A stretch of 64,000 nt of DNA from an uncultured Acidobacteriota bacterium (GTDB taxonomy: Bacteria > Acidobacteriota > Blastocatellia > RBC074), in the NCBI GenBank assembly GCA_963796275.1, contig CAWCKY010000001.1:1088001-1152000 (forward strand). The letters run 5' to 3'. Positions 49,128 to 59,343 of the stretch are shown here, in pieces. The position numbers were made by a program, and so were the translations under genes. Below the pieces are notes generated by a model that worked only from the letters and a program-made list of their open reading frames with translations, did not search any database and had not been told where the DNA came from. The stretch's first letter is position 1. Each line of letters starts with the position of its first letter.

Positions 49128-52100
49128 TCAGCGTTGTGATTCAACGGCGATCGAAACTCGCCCTGATGTCTCAACTTCGGGTTCGTATACGCCAGCAACT
49201 ACACTCGCTTTTCTCTCGAGCTTCCTCCATCCGACCATCGGCCCGTTTAATGCCGCCAGCACCGATTTGATCATCACGTAATAGATCACCTGCCGGTGAC
49301 AGAAACGCTGCAGACACATCCAACAGAGGAGGCTCCATTGCTCGCGCTTCTCCATCGCAAAGGCGAGGATTGACGTCAATAAATCAACTCCCAAAAACAG
49401 TGCGTAATAAAAGACCACATGCTTCAGGTTCCCGATCGGATAGCCATCCGTGCATCCGAGCCGCTCGAGGACGGCTGCAACAATTGCCCAGATGAGCATC
49501 AAATCGATCACCGGGGAGATCGAAGCAAATATGATTTGAAAGATCCATACATTCGGCATGGCGATAAATCCGAGGGCGCCATATTTCGGCCGAAACAGCG
49601 CATCGCGATGCTTCCACATGCACTGCAGTGTCCCGAACGACCAGCGGAACCGTTGCTTCACCAGGTCTCTCACAGTCTCCGGCGCCTCGGTCCATGCGAT
49701 TGCGTCCTCCTCATAGACGATCCGATAACCGAGCCGGCGAATGTTGAGCGTCAATTCCTGGTCTTCGGCCAGAGTATCCGGGATCCACCCTCCGCATCGA
49801 TCGAGCAGTTCGCGGCGACACGCTCCGACTGCTCCGGGAATGATGGTGATGCAATTAAGCGCGGCGAAGGCGCGCCGGTCGAAGTTCTGCGAGGTGATGT
49901 ATTCGAGCGCCTGCCAGCGCGTGATCAGATTGTTGCGATTGCCGACCTTGACGTTGCCCGCCACCGCGCCGACGGTCGGGTCGGCGAAACGCCGCGCCAA
50001 CATGCCGATCGTCTCTCTCTCGAAGAACGTATCGGCATCGAGCCCGACTATCACCTCGCCTTTGGCGTAACGCAGGCCGTAATTCAACGCTTCGGCCTTT
50101 CCGCAGTTCGGGATATTGAATATTTTGACGCGCCCCTCGCTATTGAATTTTTCGCTGACTACCTCAGTGGTACGATCCGTAGAGCCGTCGTCGATGACGA
50201 TGATCTCAAGATTCTGGTAGGTCGATAGGAGCAGGGAATCGATCGTCTGCACGATCACCTTTTCTTCGTTGTATGCCGGCACGATCACCGAGACGAAGGG
50301 CTGATAGTCTGGGCTCGTTTGAATTTGCCCCCGACTCCTCAACCATTGGGCGAACGCCAGCAAACCTATAAAGATCGCTCTGAGTATGCCCAACGCGATG
50401 CCTATCATAAATATCCACCGCATCCCCCATCCGGTATAGGAAAGCGCATAAAATGTCGATGCAACCGCGGTCGTATAGATTTCTTGAATAGTCTGTTCGC
50501 CTTGCACCGGCGGCATAACATCATTGCGCGTCAAACCCGCCAGATCCGAAATCGTCGCGAAGCGATAGCCGCGGGATCGCAGATCGCGGATCAGACTCGG
50601 TAAGGCCTCGACCGTTTGTGAACGATCGCCGCCGCCGTCATGCAGAAGCACGACCTGACCCCGCTTTTTCGATTCGGGATTTGTGATACCAGCTATCGTT
50701 TTATCGACAATCGCCTGGGCTCCGGGTAACGACCAGTCTTTAGAATCGACTCCCGCCGCGACAGTGATGTAGCCGAGTTCGTTGGCGATCCACGTCGGCT
50801 CGACCTTCTCCGGTGTGCTCGGTTCACTGCCGAAGTATGGAGGGCGAAAGAGCTTCGTCGTTCGCCCCGTCAACGATTCGATCAGCATCCGCGTGGCGTT
50901 GAGTTCCAATCTGATCAGGCCCGCGTTTATTTCATCGAGCGTCGGATGCGTGAAGGTGTGATTTCCAATTTCGTGCCCCTCGTCAACGATGCGCTGCACC
51001 AGAGCTGGATCGGCTTGCCCGTTCTGCCCGATGATGAAAAACGTGGCCTTGATCTGTTCCCGCTTGAGGGTATCAAGAATGCGCGGCGTCCAGTCGGCAT
51101 GAGGCCCGTCATCGAAAGTTAACGCGACGAGGCCCGGCCTGTGTCCCGATCGCTGGATCACATATGATGATGGTAACACCTGATACTGATCGGCTGTGAT
51201 GATCCTACTTTCAGGATCGATGTCGATGCTGCGCGTGCCATCTTTCGGCCCGGTCAATATCTGTAATATTTCCCCATTCCCTAAAATATCGATACCGTAA
51301 CCATGGCGGAGCTGTTGCAGGCCAGTAGGCGATGCGCTCATCTTGTTTCTGCCGAATACCGACCACAAAGAAGGGTCTTCCGAGCCGAGACGCCAGAGCG
51401 CAAAGCCGGACACGCCGTAACTGCGCGCTTCGATCATCTGGTTGTAGGCGGTCACGGCATCGAGAAACCAGACCTCATGCTGTGAACCGTCTTTTTCGTA
51501 TTTGAAATATGGGTTGAGCTCAACCGGATCGAAGCTGATCTTCGCCTTTGATTTGTCCGCGGCCAGCATGGCCTCGCGGAACGTCATGACCGTCGGTTTC
51601 CCTTCCACTTGCCAGTCGTATCCATACCCGCCGATACAGAGAATGGTCTTCTCAGGCGCGAGTTCGCTCATTCGCTTTTCGAGCTTATTTTGGAACCACG
51701 GTTGGCTGCAGACGCTGCCGGGGGTGCTCCCTGCCCAATGCTCGTCGTAAGCCATCAACATCAGATAATCGGTGGCTTCCGCGTAAGCTCGGTAATTCCA
51801 ATTGCCGTCATCGAAGGGAACCGCCTCGATCACCAACCATCCGCGCTGATTGAATAAAGCGTGAAGCTCCTGCATAAACAACAGGAGGTTCGGCTGAGCG
51901 TCCGCCGGCACTTGTTCGAAGTCAACGCAGATGCCCTGCCACTTGTTTTCATCGATAACGCGAGTCAGTGAAGAGATCAGCTTCCGCCTGCTGTCTTCGC
52001 TCTCGAGGGCGTGAACGAGCGCCGCGACATCCCAACTCCCACCGTTAGAATTGTGAATCATAGGGATGACAGGCGTGTTCGGCGCTTGACTGCGAATCAG

Positions 52101-52529
52101 ATCGAACGCTTTCTGATCTATCTCGCGCACGACCGGCTCATCGCCGTCCTGTAATCGCATCCACTGCGGTACCACCACGTCAAGCTCCGTCAAATTGCGT
52201 TGGAGCGAAAGATAACTCGAATTATCCCAGTTGACATAAAACCCGATCGCGAGCGGCTTTGACGACCTGGTCCGCGATGCCGGCTTTTGCCCCTCGCTGT
52301 CAGTCGATACTTGCTGAAGTTGCGATTTGACGCCGGCGTCGGAAAGCGAGTTTTCGGCCGGTTTAAGGTTTAATTGCGGCATTGCCGGAAGTGAAACAAC
52401 TCTACCGATGAAAATTGTGGCGAGAGTCGTAATCGTCAAGCCGATGATGATCCAGGTAAGGCGTACACCTTTTTTTCTTCGGCCTTTAGGATCGTAAAAC
52501 ACCTGATGCCGATTTTTATTTAATGCCAT
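49128..52529 (-). CDS. Fused GH18-like / polysaccharide deacetylase (CE4) / GT2 glycosyltransferase
   Basis: VDFE, LMAYD, LWRLG (GH18); TFDDGP, NHTFTH, FRPPY, LLHDGG (CE4); DDGSTD, DAD, TLAED, QRFRW (processive GT2) with TM helices. Confidence 0.9.
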   Translation of the reverse strand: MALNKNRHQVFYDPKGRRKKGVRLTWIIIGLTITTLATIFIGRVVSLPAMPQLNLKPAENSLSDAGVKSQLQQVSTDSEGQKPASRTRSSKPLAIGFYVNWDNSSYLSLQRNLTELDVVVPQWMRLQDGDEPVVREIDQKAFDLIRSQAPNTPVIPMIHNSNGGSWDVAALVHALESEDSRRKLISSLTRVIDENKWQGICVDFEQVPADAQPNLLLFMQELHALFNQRGWLVIEAVPFDDGNWNYRAYAEATDYLMLMAYDEHWAGSTPGSVCSQPWFQNKLEKRMSELAPEKTILCIGGYGYDWQVEGKPTVMTFREAMLAADKSKAKISFDPVELNPYFKYEKDGSQHEVWFLDAVTAYNQMIEARSYGVSGFALWRLGSEDPSLWSVFGRNKMSASPTGLQQLRHGYGIDILGNGEILQILTGPKDGTRSIDIDPESRIITADQYQVLPSSYVIQRSGHRPGLVALTFDDGPHADWTPRILDTLKREQIKATFFIIGQNGQADPALVQRIVDEGHEIGNHTFTHPTLDEINAGLIRLELNATRMLIESLTGRTTKLFRPPYFGSEPSTPEKVEPTWIANELGYITVAAGVDSKDWSLPGAQAIVDKTIAGITNPESKKRGQVVLLHDGGGDRSQTVEALPSLIRDLRSRGYRFATISDLAGLTRNDVMPPVQGEQTIQEIYTTAVASTFYALSYTGWGMRWIFMIGIALGILRAIFIGLLAFAQWLRSRGQIQTSPDYQPFVSVIVPAYNEEKVIVQTIDSLLLSTYQNLEIIVIDDGSTDRTTEVVSEKFNSEGRVKIFNIPNCGKAEALNYGLRYAKGEVIVGLDADTFFERETIGMLARRFADPTVGAVAGNVKVGNRNNLITRWQALEYITSQNFDRRAFAALNCITIIPGAVGACRRELLDRCGGWIPDTLAEDQELTLNIRRLGYRIVYEEDAIAWTEAPETVRDLVKQRFRWSFGTLQCMWKHRDALFRPKYGALGFIAMPNVWIFQIIFASISPVIDLMLIWAIVAAVLERLGCTDGYPIGNLKHVVFYYALFLGVDLLTSILAFAMEKREQWSLLCWMCLQRFCHRQVIYYVMIKSVLAALNGPMVGWRKLERKASVVAGVYEPEVETSGRVSIAVESQR

Positions 52530-52626
52530 GACCTCTTTCTTATGATTAAGTTGGTGCTACTAACTCGATCAATAAAGGGCGTTATTTATTGATGTGGGCT
52601 TGTGGGAGAACGGTACTTAAGATGAT

Positions 52627-53991
52627 TCAGCTTCTGGTTTCATGGCCTGTTGGCGGCCACCAGTTGCCGGAGATGAGTAACATACTGAGTAGGTTGATAG
52701 TATCGCCGTAATAGCCCTCTCGCCAGTTTATGATAGTATCCCAACCGGAATTGAGGTATGACTGATGAGAGCCATCAACGATGCATGCTGCTATGAACGG
52801 GGCGGTAAACGCTAAACTACGATCGCTCACCAATTCCGTTCCGTCCAGCTTGTAACCTGCTTTAATCCCCACCGGGTTGGAGGCAGTTTTTTTCTTCAAC
52901 CAATTAACCATTTTGTCGGCGGCACCCTTCGTCTCGGGCGCACCATAATGTGCGTAAGCCGTCGCCATCCGCCACGGAAAGCGGCAGGCGTTCCAGGAGT
53001 AATCGCCGTCAGTGGTGGCTTCCAGGAACCTGGGTTGCGCCGGGCGAGCAGGTGATCCAACTACGAAATCGGGCACCAGCCCAGTTTCGGGCGAATATTC
53101 GGTGGTGATCTGTCGGATTAAGTCATAGACGGCGTTCGTGGCGTCGTTCCAGAAATCGTCTTGCGCGACTTCTCGATAAGCCATGAAATGGTCTACCATC
53201 CAATCGGAACTCCGTGTGGCCTGCTGGTTGGTAGACCAGCCGCCGAGAAGCACCCTCTTGGAAGAAAGGCTCATATCACTTTCTTTAATGCCATTGTTGA
53301 TCAAGCGTTTGGCCTCGTTGAGATACTTGATTCTATCGCTCGATCCCCACTGATGGTGAGCCAACAGGAGTGAGTAGGCGATATCCATATCTCCATCTGA
53401 TGCATTGTCCTGATCCTTGGAGGTCAACTCGCTCTTATCGATTACCCATGACATATTATCCGAATCGCCGGTGGCCCGGTGTTTGTCGAACATGTTGAAC
53501 ATGCCATCAAAATACTGTCTCGCCTGGCTGTCGTAACCTGCCATTAAAGCGAAGATGATCATACCGTAACCATGCGCTTCAGATGTCGTTATCTCATTTC
53601 CCGAACCGCCTGTCCCTCGGGTGAAGACATAATACCCGCCGCCAGGAGTAACTCCGTTGGATTGTTTGACGTAGGTATTTTTCCAATATTCGTAATAACT
53701 TATTATTGAGTTATTAATATCTGCCTGGGTGACGTGGTTTGGCTTAATACATCCCTGATAGTTGAGATTCTGCGGAAACGGCCGCGCAGATGCGGCCTTC
53801 ATAGAGGTTGACGATTTCGATGATTGCCCTTCCGACCCTGTCATCAAATACCATGCGCCTTGTATCGCTCCAGCCAGTTTAGCTCCATTACCGTTTATCT
53901 GTATGAACCAGAGTCCACCAATTAATCCGAGTATCAAAAAAAAGACAATCGATATCCGCTTCCTAGATAATCTATGCATTGAATAATTCAC
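52627..53991 (-). CDS. Glycoside hydrolase family 8 (endoglucanase/chitosanase-like), N-terminal anchor
   Basis: TSEAHGYGM, ASDGDMDIAYSLLLA, TRSSD, NACR.PW, YY..TI.LL. Confidence 0.9.
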   Translation of the reverse strand: MNYSMHRLSRKRISIVFFLILGLIGGLWFIQINGNGAKLAGAIQGAWYLMTGSEGQSSKSSTSMKAASARPFPQNLNYQGCIKPNHVTQADINNSIISYYEYWKNTYVKQSNGVTPGGGYYVFTRGTGGSGNEITTSEAHGYGMIIFALMAGYDSQARQYFDGMFNMFDKHRATGDSDNMSWVIDKSELTSKDQDNASDGDMDIAYSLLLAHHQWGSSDRIKYLNEAKRLINNGIKESDMSLSSKRVLLGGWSTNQQATRSSDWMVDHFMAYREVAQDDFWNDATNAVYDLIRQITTEYSPETGLVPDFVVGSPARPAQPRFLEATTDGDYSWNACRFPWRMATAYAHYGAPETKGAADKMVNWLKKKTASNPVGIKAGYKLDGTELVSDRSLAFTAPFIAACIVDGSHQSYLNSGWDTIINWREGYYGDTINLLSMLLISGNWWPPTGHETRS

Positions 53992-54379
53992 TTTATAGCT
54001 AGCCTACAATAGCTCTTTATGTCAATAAAATGCCTCACCCGGCACGCACTCTCAGCCACGGTGAGGTTTCGCACTTTACATTATGTTATTTATTATGACC
54101 GCTCGGCTTCAACACTCAGCCCGGGCAAGGCAATTGTGTGCAGCCGACTTTGCTTTCACTTTCATCTTCAGCAACCAATGTGCCATCGTATAAACACCAA
54201 TTACTCAGTGCCGAACCTATTGCGAGTGTACGATAATGGTAATATTGTATGCTCCCAACACGTACAGAAAGAAGATAATTAGTAAACTGTGCATTAAACA
54301 ACTATGATAATGATCAGATCTTCCGAGTTTCCAATTTGTGGATTTATTGAGCCTCAGGCAATCAGTATTACAAAGATTG

Positions 54380-54530
54380 CCTCGCTTCGCTTCCGCCGCG
54401 TCGCGACGCTCTGGATGTATCCCGGCGTTCAACGCGTTTCAACGCCTTGTTATGATCAAACTTTCACACGAAATGTACACCTTCTTCGTCGCGTAGCGAC
54501 GGTGTGAAATTAGCCGAGCGTTTTAACGCC
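54380..54530. repeat. Degenerate REP-like palindromic element
   Basis: CGTCGCGACG and CGTCGCGTAGCGACG hairpins plus GGCGTT..AACGCC arms. Confidence 0.4.
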
Positions 54531-54612
54531 TTGTCATTACCCAAACTTTGCGCTAATGGATCTCAGCCCCAACGTTGGGGCGGAGATCGTACAAATTCAT
54601 AGTTGGAGGAAA

Positions 54613-54825
54613 ATGGATAGGCAAGATGTTACTTCAACCAACATCAGGTCGATTGGTTACGACAACGACAGTGGAATGTTGGAAGTGGAATTCCATAACG
54701 GTGGAATCTATCAGTATCTGAATGTCCCCGAACTAGTATACGCGGCTATGATGAGTGCTTCGTCGAAGGGGAGCTATCTGAATAGCCAAATCAAGAAGCA
54801 GTATGAGTATAAGAAGATTCGCTGA
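54613..54825 (+). CDS. KTSC domain protein
   Basis: V.STNIRSIGYD...LEVEF.NG..YQY..VP...A.SKG.Y.N..IK; GGAGG RBS before ATG 54613. Confidence 0.9.
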   Translation: MDRQDVTSTNIRSIGYDNDSGMLEVEFHNGGIYQYLNVPELVYAAMMSASSKGSYLNSQIKKQYEYKKIR

Positions 54826-55431
54826 GGGAACATCACATCGCCCAAAATAGTAGCATGTGTTTAACGAACGTGCTAGCTTGACTATAATCTGTGGCCTTCC
54901 AGCCAAGGGCCCACGCCCCTGGCTGGAATTTGTGACCACATTGAGGCTGAAGACACCATCTAAACTCTTTATAGAACCCTTCTACCTACTGCAATATGTG
55001 TCATCACATTTTTGATTCCACCTGGTAAGTCGGAAACAAGTTCTAATGTTATATGTTATTGCTACTTTTTAAGATTTAATCTCGCGTCATATTCTTTGAA
55101 ATTAGGTGAAGCCAATTATGCAGCAGGATTAGGTTTCAGGATATAACTAAGCAAGGTATATGCCACAGGCAAAATCATCCTTACAAGCTTCAGGGCATAA
55201 TAAAATGTATGGGTCCCATATGATGATATGCCAGACACTAATACAGGGCTGCCTGTGTTTGGTTCTATATTGGTTTGGGATTTTGAGAGAGAGTAAGTAT
55301 AATTCAAGATAACTGGCAGCAATGATATCCTAATATATACCCATAAGGGTGGCTGAGGATGCTGTCGATCTGGGGGCACCGAAAGGGGCTCCCATTCTAA
55401 TAATATTTCAATTTCGGGACGCTCATCTCTC

Positions 55432-55479
55432 TTGACAAGAAGAACATGCTTGCATAGTTTTCGTCTGGAAAACGATTAC
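55432..55479 (+). promoter_or_regulatory. Putative sigma70 promoter with LacI-type operator for the sugar operon
   Basis: TTGACA (55432), 17-bp spacer, TAGTTT (55455), followed by TGGAAAACGATTAC resembling LacI/GalR sites. Confidence 0.45.
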
Positions 55480-55529
55480 TTGGAAGCACACCCAATCAAA
55501 CCCCTGATTGAGCTCTGGTTTAGTATGCA

Positions 55530-57107
55530 ATGAATCCCACTTTTGTGCTTGAAATGAAGGGAATCGGCAAGCGGTTCCCAGGTGTGGTTGCGCTGGATGG
55601 CGTAAATCTCGAAGTTCGTTCTGGCGAAGTAGTGGCCGTCATCGGTGAGAACGGAGCGGGAAAATCGACGCTCATGAAAATTCTCGGCGGCGTCACGGCG
55701 CCGGATGCGGGAACGCTTTCCGTCGCGGGGCAGGGAGTCGAAATTCGTTCGCCGCGCGATGCCACCCAACTCGGCATAGAGTTCATCCATCAGGAACTGA
55801 GCGTGCTTGATAACCTCGATGTCGCGGGCAACATTTTCCTGCGGCGCGAACCGATCCTCGACGGCCCGCTCAAGATTTTTAAGCTGATCGATCGAAAACG
55901 TATATACGCTGAAGCCGATCGGTATTTGCAAAAGATCGGGCTCGATATACCGAGCCGCACGCCTTTGAGCCGGCTTTCCATTGCGCAACAGCAGCTTGTC
56001 GAGATTGCCCGTGCGCTTTCGGCAGGCGCGCGCATCCTCATAATGGATGAACCGACATCCAGCCTGACTCTGAGCGAAACCCGGCGGCTGCTCGATATAA
56101 TCAAGGATTTTAAAGCCCATAATGTGAGCGTCATCTACATCTCGCATCGCCTCGATGAAGTTCAGGAGATAGCCGACCGCGTTGTCGTGCTACGTGATGG
56201 GCGCAATGCCGGCCACCTCGAGCGGGACGAGATCAACCACGATCGCATGGTGCGATTGATGGTGGGCCGCGATCTCAAGGACTTCTATCTGCGCACCTCC
56301 AATGGTGCGGAAAGCCACGATCCGAATTGGTTCAGCGTGAGCCGACTGCGGACATTGAGATATCCGCAACATTCCGTTTCGTTCACCGTTGGCTGGGGCG
56401 AAGTGCTGGGATTTGCAGGTCTTGTCGGCGCGGGGCGCTCGGAACTGGCGCGCGCAATTTTCGGCGTCGAGCAGATGATCGGCACTGAGATAAAGCTCGC
56501 CGGTAAACCGCTCAAAATCAGGTCCTCGCAGGATGCCATATCCGAAGGCATATATTTGATTCCGGAAGACCGCCGCCTTTCAGGACTGGTCGTCGACTTC
56601 AGCATCCGCGAAAATATTTCGCTGCCGGGACTGGATCGATATTCGATCGCGGGACTGGTGCAATCGGGGAAAGAGATGAAGATCGCCAGGGAGATGTGCC
56701 GCCGGATCAGCATCAAGACGCCATCGCCTGAGATCAGAGCCGCGAACCTGAGCGGTGGCAATCAACAGAAGGTCGTTCTCGCTAAATGGCTGGCCCTCAC
56801 GCCTAAGGTCTTGATATTCGATGAGCCGACGCGCGGGATCGATGTGGGCGCAAAAGCTGAAATTTACGGTCTTATCCGCGATCTCGCGCGCGAGGGTGTC
56901 GCCGTCATTGCCATCAGCAGCGATATGGAAGAGGTGCTCGGTATCAGCGACCGCATCGCCGTCATGCACGAAGGGCGCATCACGGGTATTCTCAATCGCG
57001 GACAATTCAGCGAGGAAGCGGTAATGCACTTGGCAACGGGGCAAACGGGGCAAACGGGGCAAACGGGGCAAGCAAAGCAATCAAAGCAAACGGGAGGAGA
57101 AAGATAG
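55530..57107 (+). CDS. Monosaccharide ABC transporter ATP-binding protein (RbsA/MglA-like)
   Basis: GENGAGKS, MDEPT, PEDRR, LSGGNQQK, DEPTRGIDVG; tandem ABC domains. Confidence 0.95.
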   Translation: MNPTFVLEMKGIGKRFPGVVALDGVNLEVRSGEVVAVIGENGAGKSTLMKILGGVTAPDAGTLSVAGQGVEIRSPRDATQLGIEFIHQELSVLDNLDVAGNIFLRREPILDGPLKIFKLIDRKRIYAEADRYLQKIGLDIPSRTPLSRLSIAQQQLVEIARALSAGARILIMDEPTSSLTLSETRRLLDIIKDFKAHNVSVIYISHRLDEVQEIADRVVVLRDGRNAGHLERDEINHDRMVRLMVGRDLKDFYLRTSNGAESHDPNWFSVSRLRTLRYPQHSVSFTVGWGEVLGFAGLVGAGRSELARAIFGVEQMIGTEIKLAGKPLKIRSSQDAISEGIYLIPEDRRLSGLVVDFSIRENISLPGLDRYSIAGLVQSGKEMKIAREMCRRISIKTPSPEIRAANLSGGNQQKVVLAKWLALTPKVLIFDEPTRGIDVGAKAEIYGLIRDLAREGVAVIAISSDMEEVLGISDRIAVMHEGRITGILNRGQFSEEAVMHLATGQTGQTGQTGQAKQSKQTGGER

Positions 57108-57113
57108 TTTGAT

Positions 57114-58118
57114 ATGAAAAAGGAACTTGGTATTTTCGTGCTCCTCGTAATTTTGTGTGCGATTGTATCGATAAAAACCCCGAGTTTTCTGAATGCAACC
57201 AATCTGCAGAATACCGGCCGTTTAATCGGTGCATTTGGCATCTTCAGCCTCGGCCTCGGGCTCGTCATCATCACAGGCGGCATCGAGCTGTCGGTTGGCT
57301 CGATGATGGCGCTGCTCGGCGTATTGCTCTCGATCATGCTCACCGAATGGCATCTGGGAGTCTTGCCCGCGATACTCTTATGTCTCCTCGTGGTGATGGG
57401 GCTAGGGTTGCTGCACGGATGGCTGGTGACCCGTGTAAAGATACAGCCGTTCATTGTCACGCTCTGCGGGCTGCTTCTATATCGCGGACTTGCCCGTTTC
57501 ATAGCTGAAGATGAGACCAAGGGGTTCGGCAGCTCCCAGGGTTTCGAGGGTTTGCGCTTCCTGGCGAGCGGGAATCTTTTCGGCATCCCGATGCCGTTCG
57601 TGTTACTGATAGTCATCAGCGCCATTATGTGGGTCTTCCTGCATCGCTCCGTCTTCGGCCGCTATCTGTTAGCGGCTGGCCGCAACGAAGAGGCGGCGCG
57701 CTATTCGGGCATCAACACCAACCTGATCATCGCGTCCGCTTATGTCATCGCAGGGGGGTTGACGGCCATATCGGGAATTATCTTCGCCTTTTATACCAAC
57801 TCCATTTCACCGGCATCGCACGGAAATTTCTATGAACTATATGGAATCGCTGCGGCGGTTTTAGGCGGCTGCAGCCTGCGAGGAGGAGAGGGATCGGTCA
57901 TCGGCATCCTGATCGGAACGGCGCTGCTGCAGGTGTTGCAGAACCTCGTCAATCTTTTGGATATCCCCAGTTCGCTGAACTTCGCTGTCATGGGCGCGGT
58001 GATTTTGCTTGGTGTGCTGGCCGATCAATTCTTCACCACGCGCCGGAGCCGGAAACAGCTCGCTTTGTTGAGAGAGTCAGCGAAAGCAGATATGAGCAGA
58101 GCCGAGGGGGCTGTTTAG
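57114..58118 (+). CDS. Monosaccharide ABC transporter permease (RbsC-like)
   Basis: GGIELSVG, PFIVTL, GRYL.A.G.NEEAARYSGI, ELYGIAAAVLGG.SL.GGEG. Confidence 0.95.
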   Translation: MKKELGIFVLLVILCAIVSIKTPSFLNATNLQNTGRLIGAFGIFSLGLGLVIITGGIELSVGSMMALLGVLLSIMLTEWHLGVLPAILLCLLVVMGLGLLHGWLVTRVKIQPFIVTLCGLLLYRGLARFIAEDETKGFGSSQGFEGLRFLASGNLFGIPMPFVLLIVISAIMWVFLHRSVFGRYLLAAGRNEEAARYSGINTNLIIASAYVIAGGLTAISGIIFAFYTNSISPASHGNFYELYGIAAAVLGGCSLRGGEGSVIGILIGTALLQVLQNLVNLLDIPSSLNFAVMGAVILLGVLADQFFTTRRSRKQLALLRESAKADMSRAEGAV

Positions 58119-58188
58119 AAAAAAGTTTGACCACGAAATCTCACAGGGATCGAATGGCATAAAGTGGTGAACTTCCCCTTTAATTAGT

Positions 58189-59238
58189 ATGCAAAACAAC
58201 GAACCGATCTGCGGGACATGGGAAGAGCGATGGCATCCGCTGCGCGAGGAGTGGGTGATCATAGCTGCGCACCGACAGAACAGACCGTGGAGCGGTGAGA
58301 CGGTCAGCAGCAATGAGGCGCCCGTCCCTCGTTATGTTGAAGATTGTTACCTTTGTCCGGGCAACCGGCGGGTGAGCGGCAAAGATAACCCTGACTATGA
58401 TGGCGTTTTCGTTTTCGACAACGATCATCCTTGCGTCGGGGCGGATGCGCCGCTAGCTTTGAAACAGGCGCCTGGCATAAATCGCAATCGTCCAGCGCAG
58501 GGCATTGCGCGCGTCGTCTGCTACACGCCGCGTCACGACCTCTCCCTGGCTGAACTCGAATCCGTCGAGATCGAGAATCTGATCTCAGCATGGCAGCAGC
58601 AGTATGTCGACCTCGGCAATCGTCCCGAGATCAACCACGTGTTGATCTTTGAAAATAAAGGCGAGGTCGTCGGGGTGTCGAACCCGCATCCGCACTGCCA
58701 GATATACGCGACGAATTTTGTCTTCAAAACTATCGAGACTGAGGCTATGGCGAGCCGACGTTATCTGAAAGAAACAGGGCGTACGTTATTTCAGGACATC
58801 ATCGCATCTGAGCAGCAGGATGGCAGGCGCGTCATCAGCGAAAATGAGACGGCGATCGCCTTCCTGCCATATTTTGCCCGCTATGCGTATGAAGTGTTTG
58901 TCGCGCCGAAGCAGACGCATGCAAACCTCGCTTCATTGAGCGATGCAGAGGCGCGCGATCTCGCCGGGGTTTTGCGAGATGTGCTGATCCGCTTCGATAA
59001 CCTGTGGCAGGTCTCTTTCCCCTACGTCATGCCGCTTCACCAGGCGCCGACCGATGGCGATGATCATCGCGGGTTTCATTTTCACATCGAATTTCATCCG
59101 CCGCTGAGGAAACCGAATTTACTGAAATATCTCGCCGGACCGGAGATCGGTGGGGGCAACTTTCTGAGCGATACATCACCTGAAGAGAAAGCGGCCGAGC
59201 TGCGCGCCCAACCAGTTGTTCATTACAAAAGGGGATAA
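58189..59238 (+). CDS. galT: Galactose-1-phosphate uridylyltransferase
   Basis: [27 protein letters not shown] active-site motif. Confidence 0.95.
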   Translation: MQNNEPICGTWEERWHPLREEWVIIAAHRQNRPWSGETVSSNEAPVPRYVEDCYLCPGNRRVSGKDNPDYDGVFVFDNDHPCVGADAPLALKQAPGINRNRPAQGIARVVCYTPRHDLSLAELESVEIENLISAWQQQYVDLGNRPEINHVLIFENKGEVVGVSNPHPHCQIYATNFVFKTIETEAMASRRYLKETGRTLFQDIIASEQQDGRRVISENETAIAFLPYFARYAYEVFVAPKQTHANLASLSDAEARDLAGVLRDVLIRFDNLWQVSFPYVMPLHQAPTDGDDHRGFHFHIEFHPPLRKPNLLKYLAGPEIGGGNFLSDTSPEEKAAELRAQPVVHYKRG

Positions 59239-59242
59239 GGGG

Positions 59243-59340
59243 TAATGGATAATTGATAATGGATAATTGATAATTCGCATGAGTTGTTGCCACAGGCTGT
59301 CAGAATTATCCATTATCAATTATCCATTATCAATTAATTA
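59243..59340. repeat. Inverted heptamer array (TAATGGA/TAATTGA vs TCCATTA/TCAATTA)
   Basis: Near-perfect complementary arms between galT and the kinase gene. Confidence 0.8.
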
Positions 59341-59343
59341 TTT

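Noticed and set aside
54830-55430. AT-rich stretch with an 87-aa minus-strand ORF
   Set aside because: No recognisable homology or structure; may be a decayed gene.
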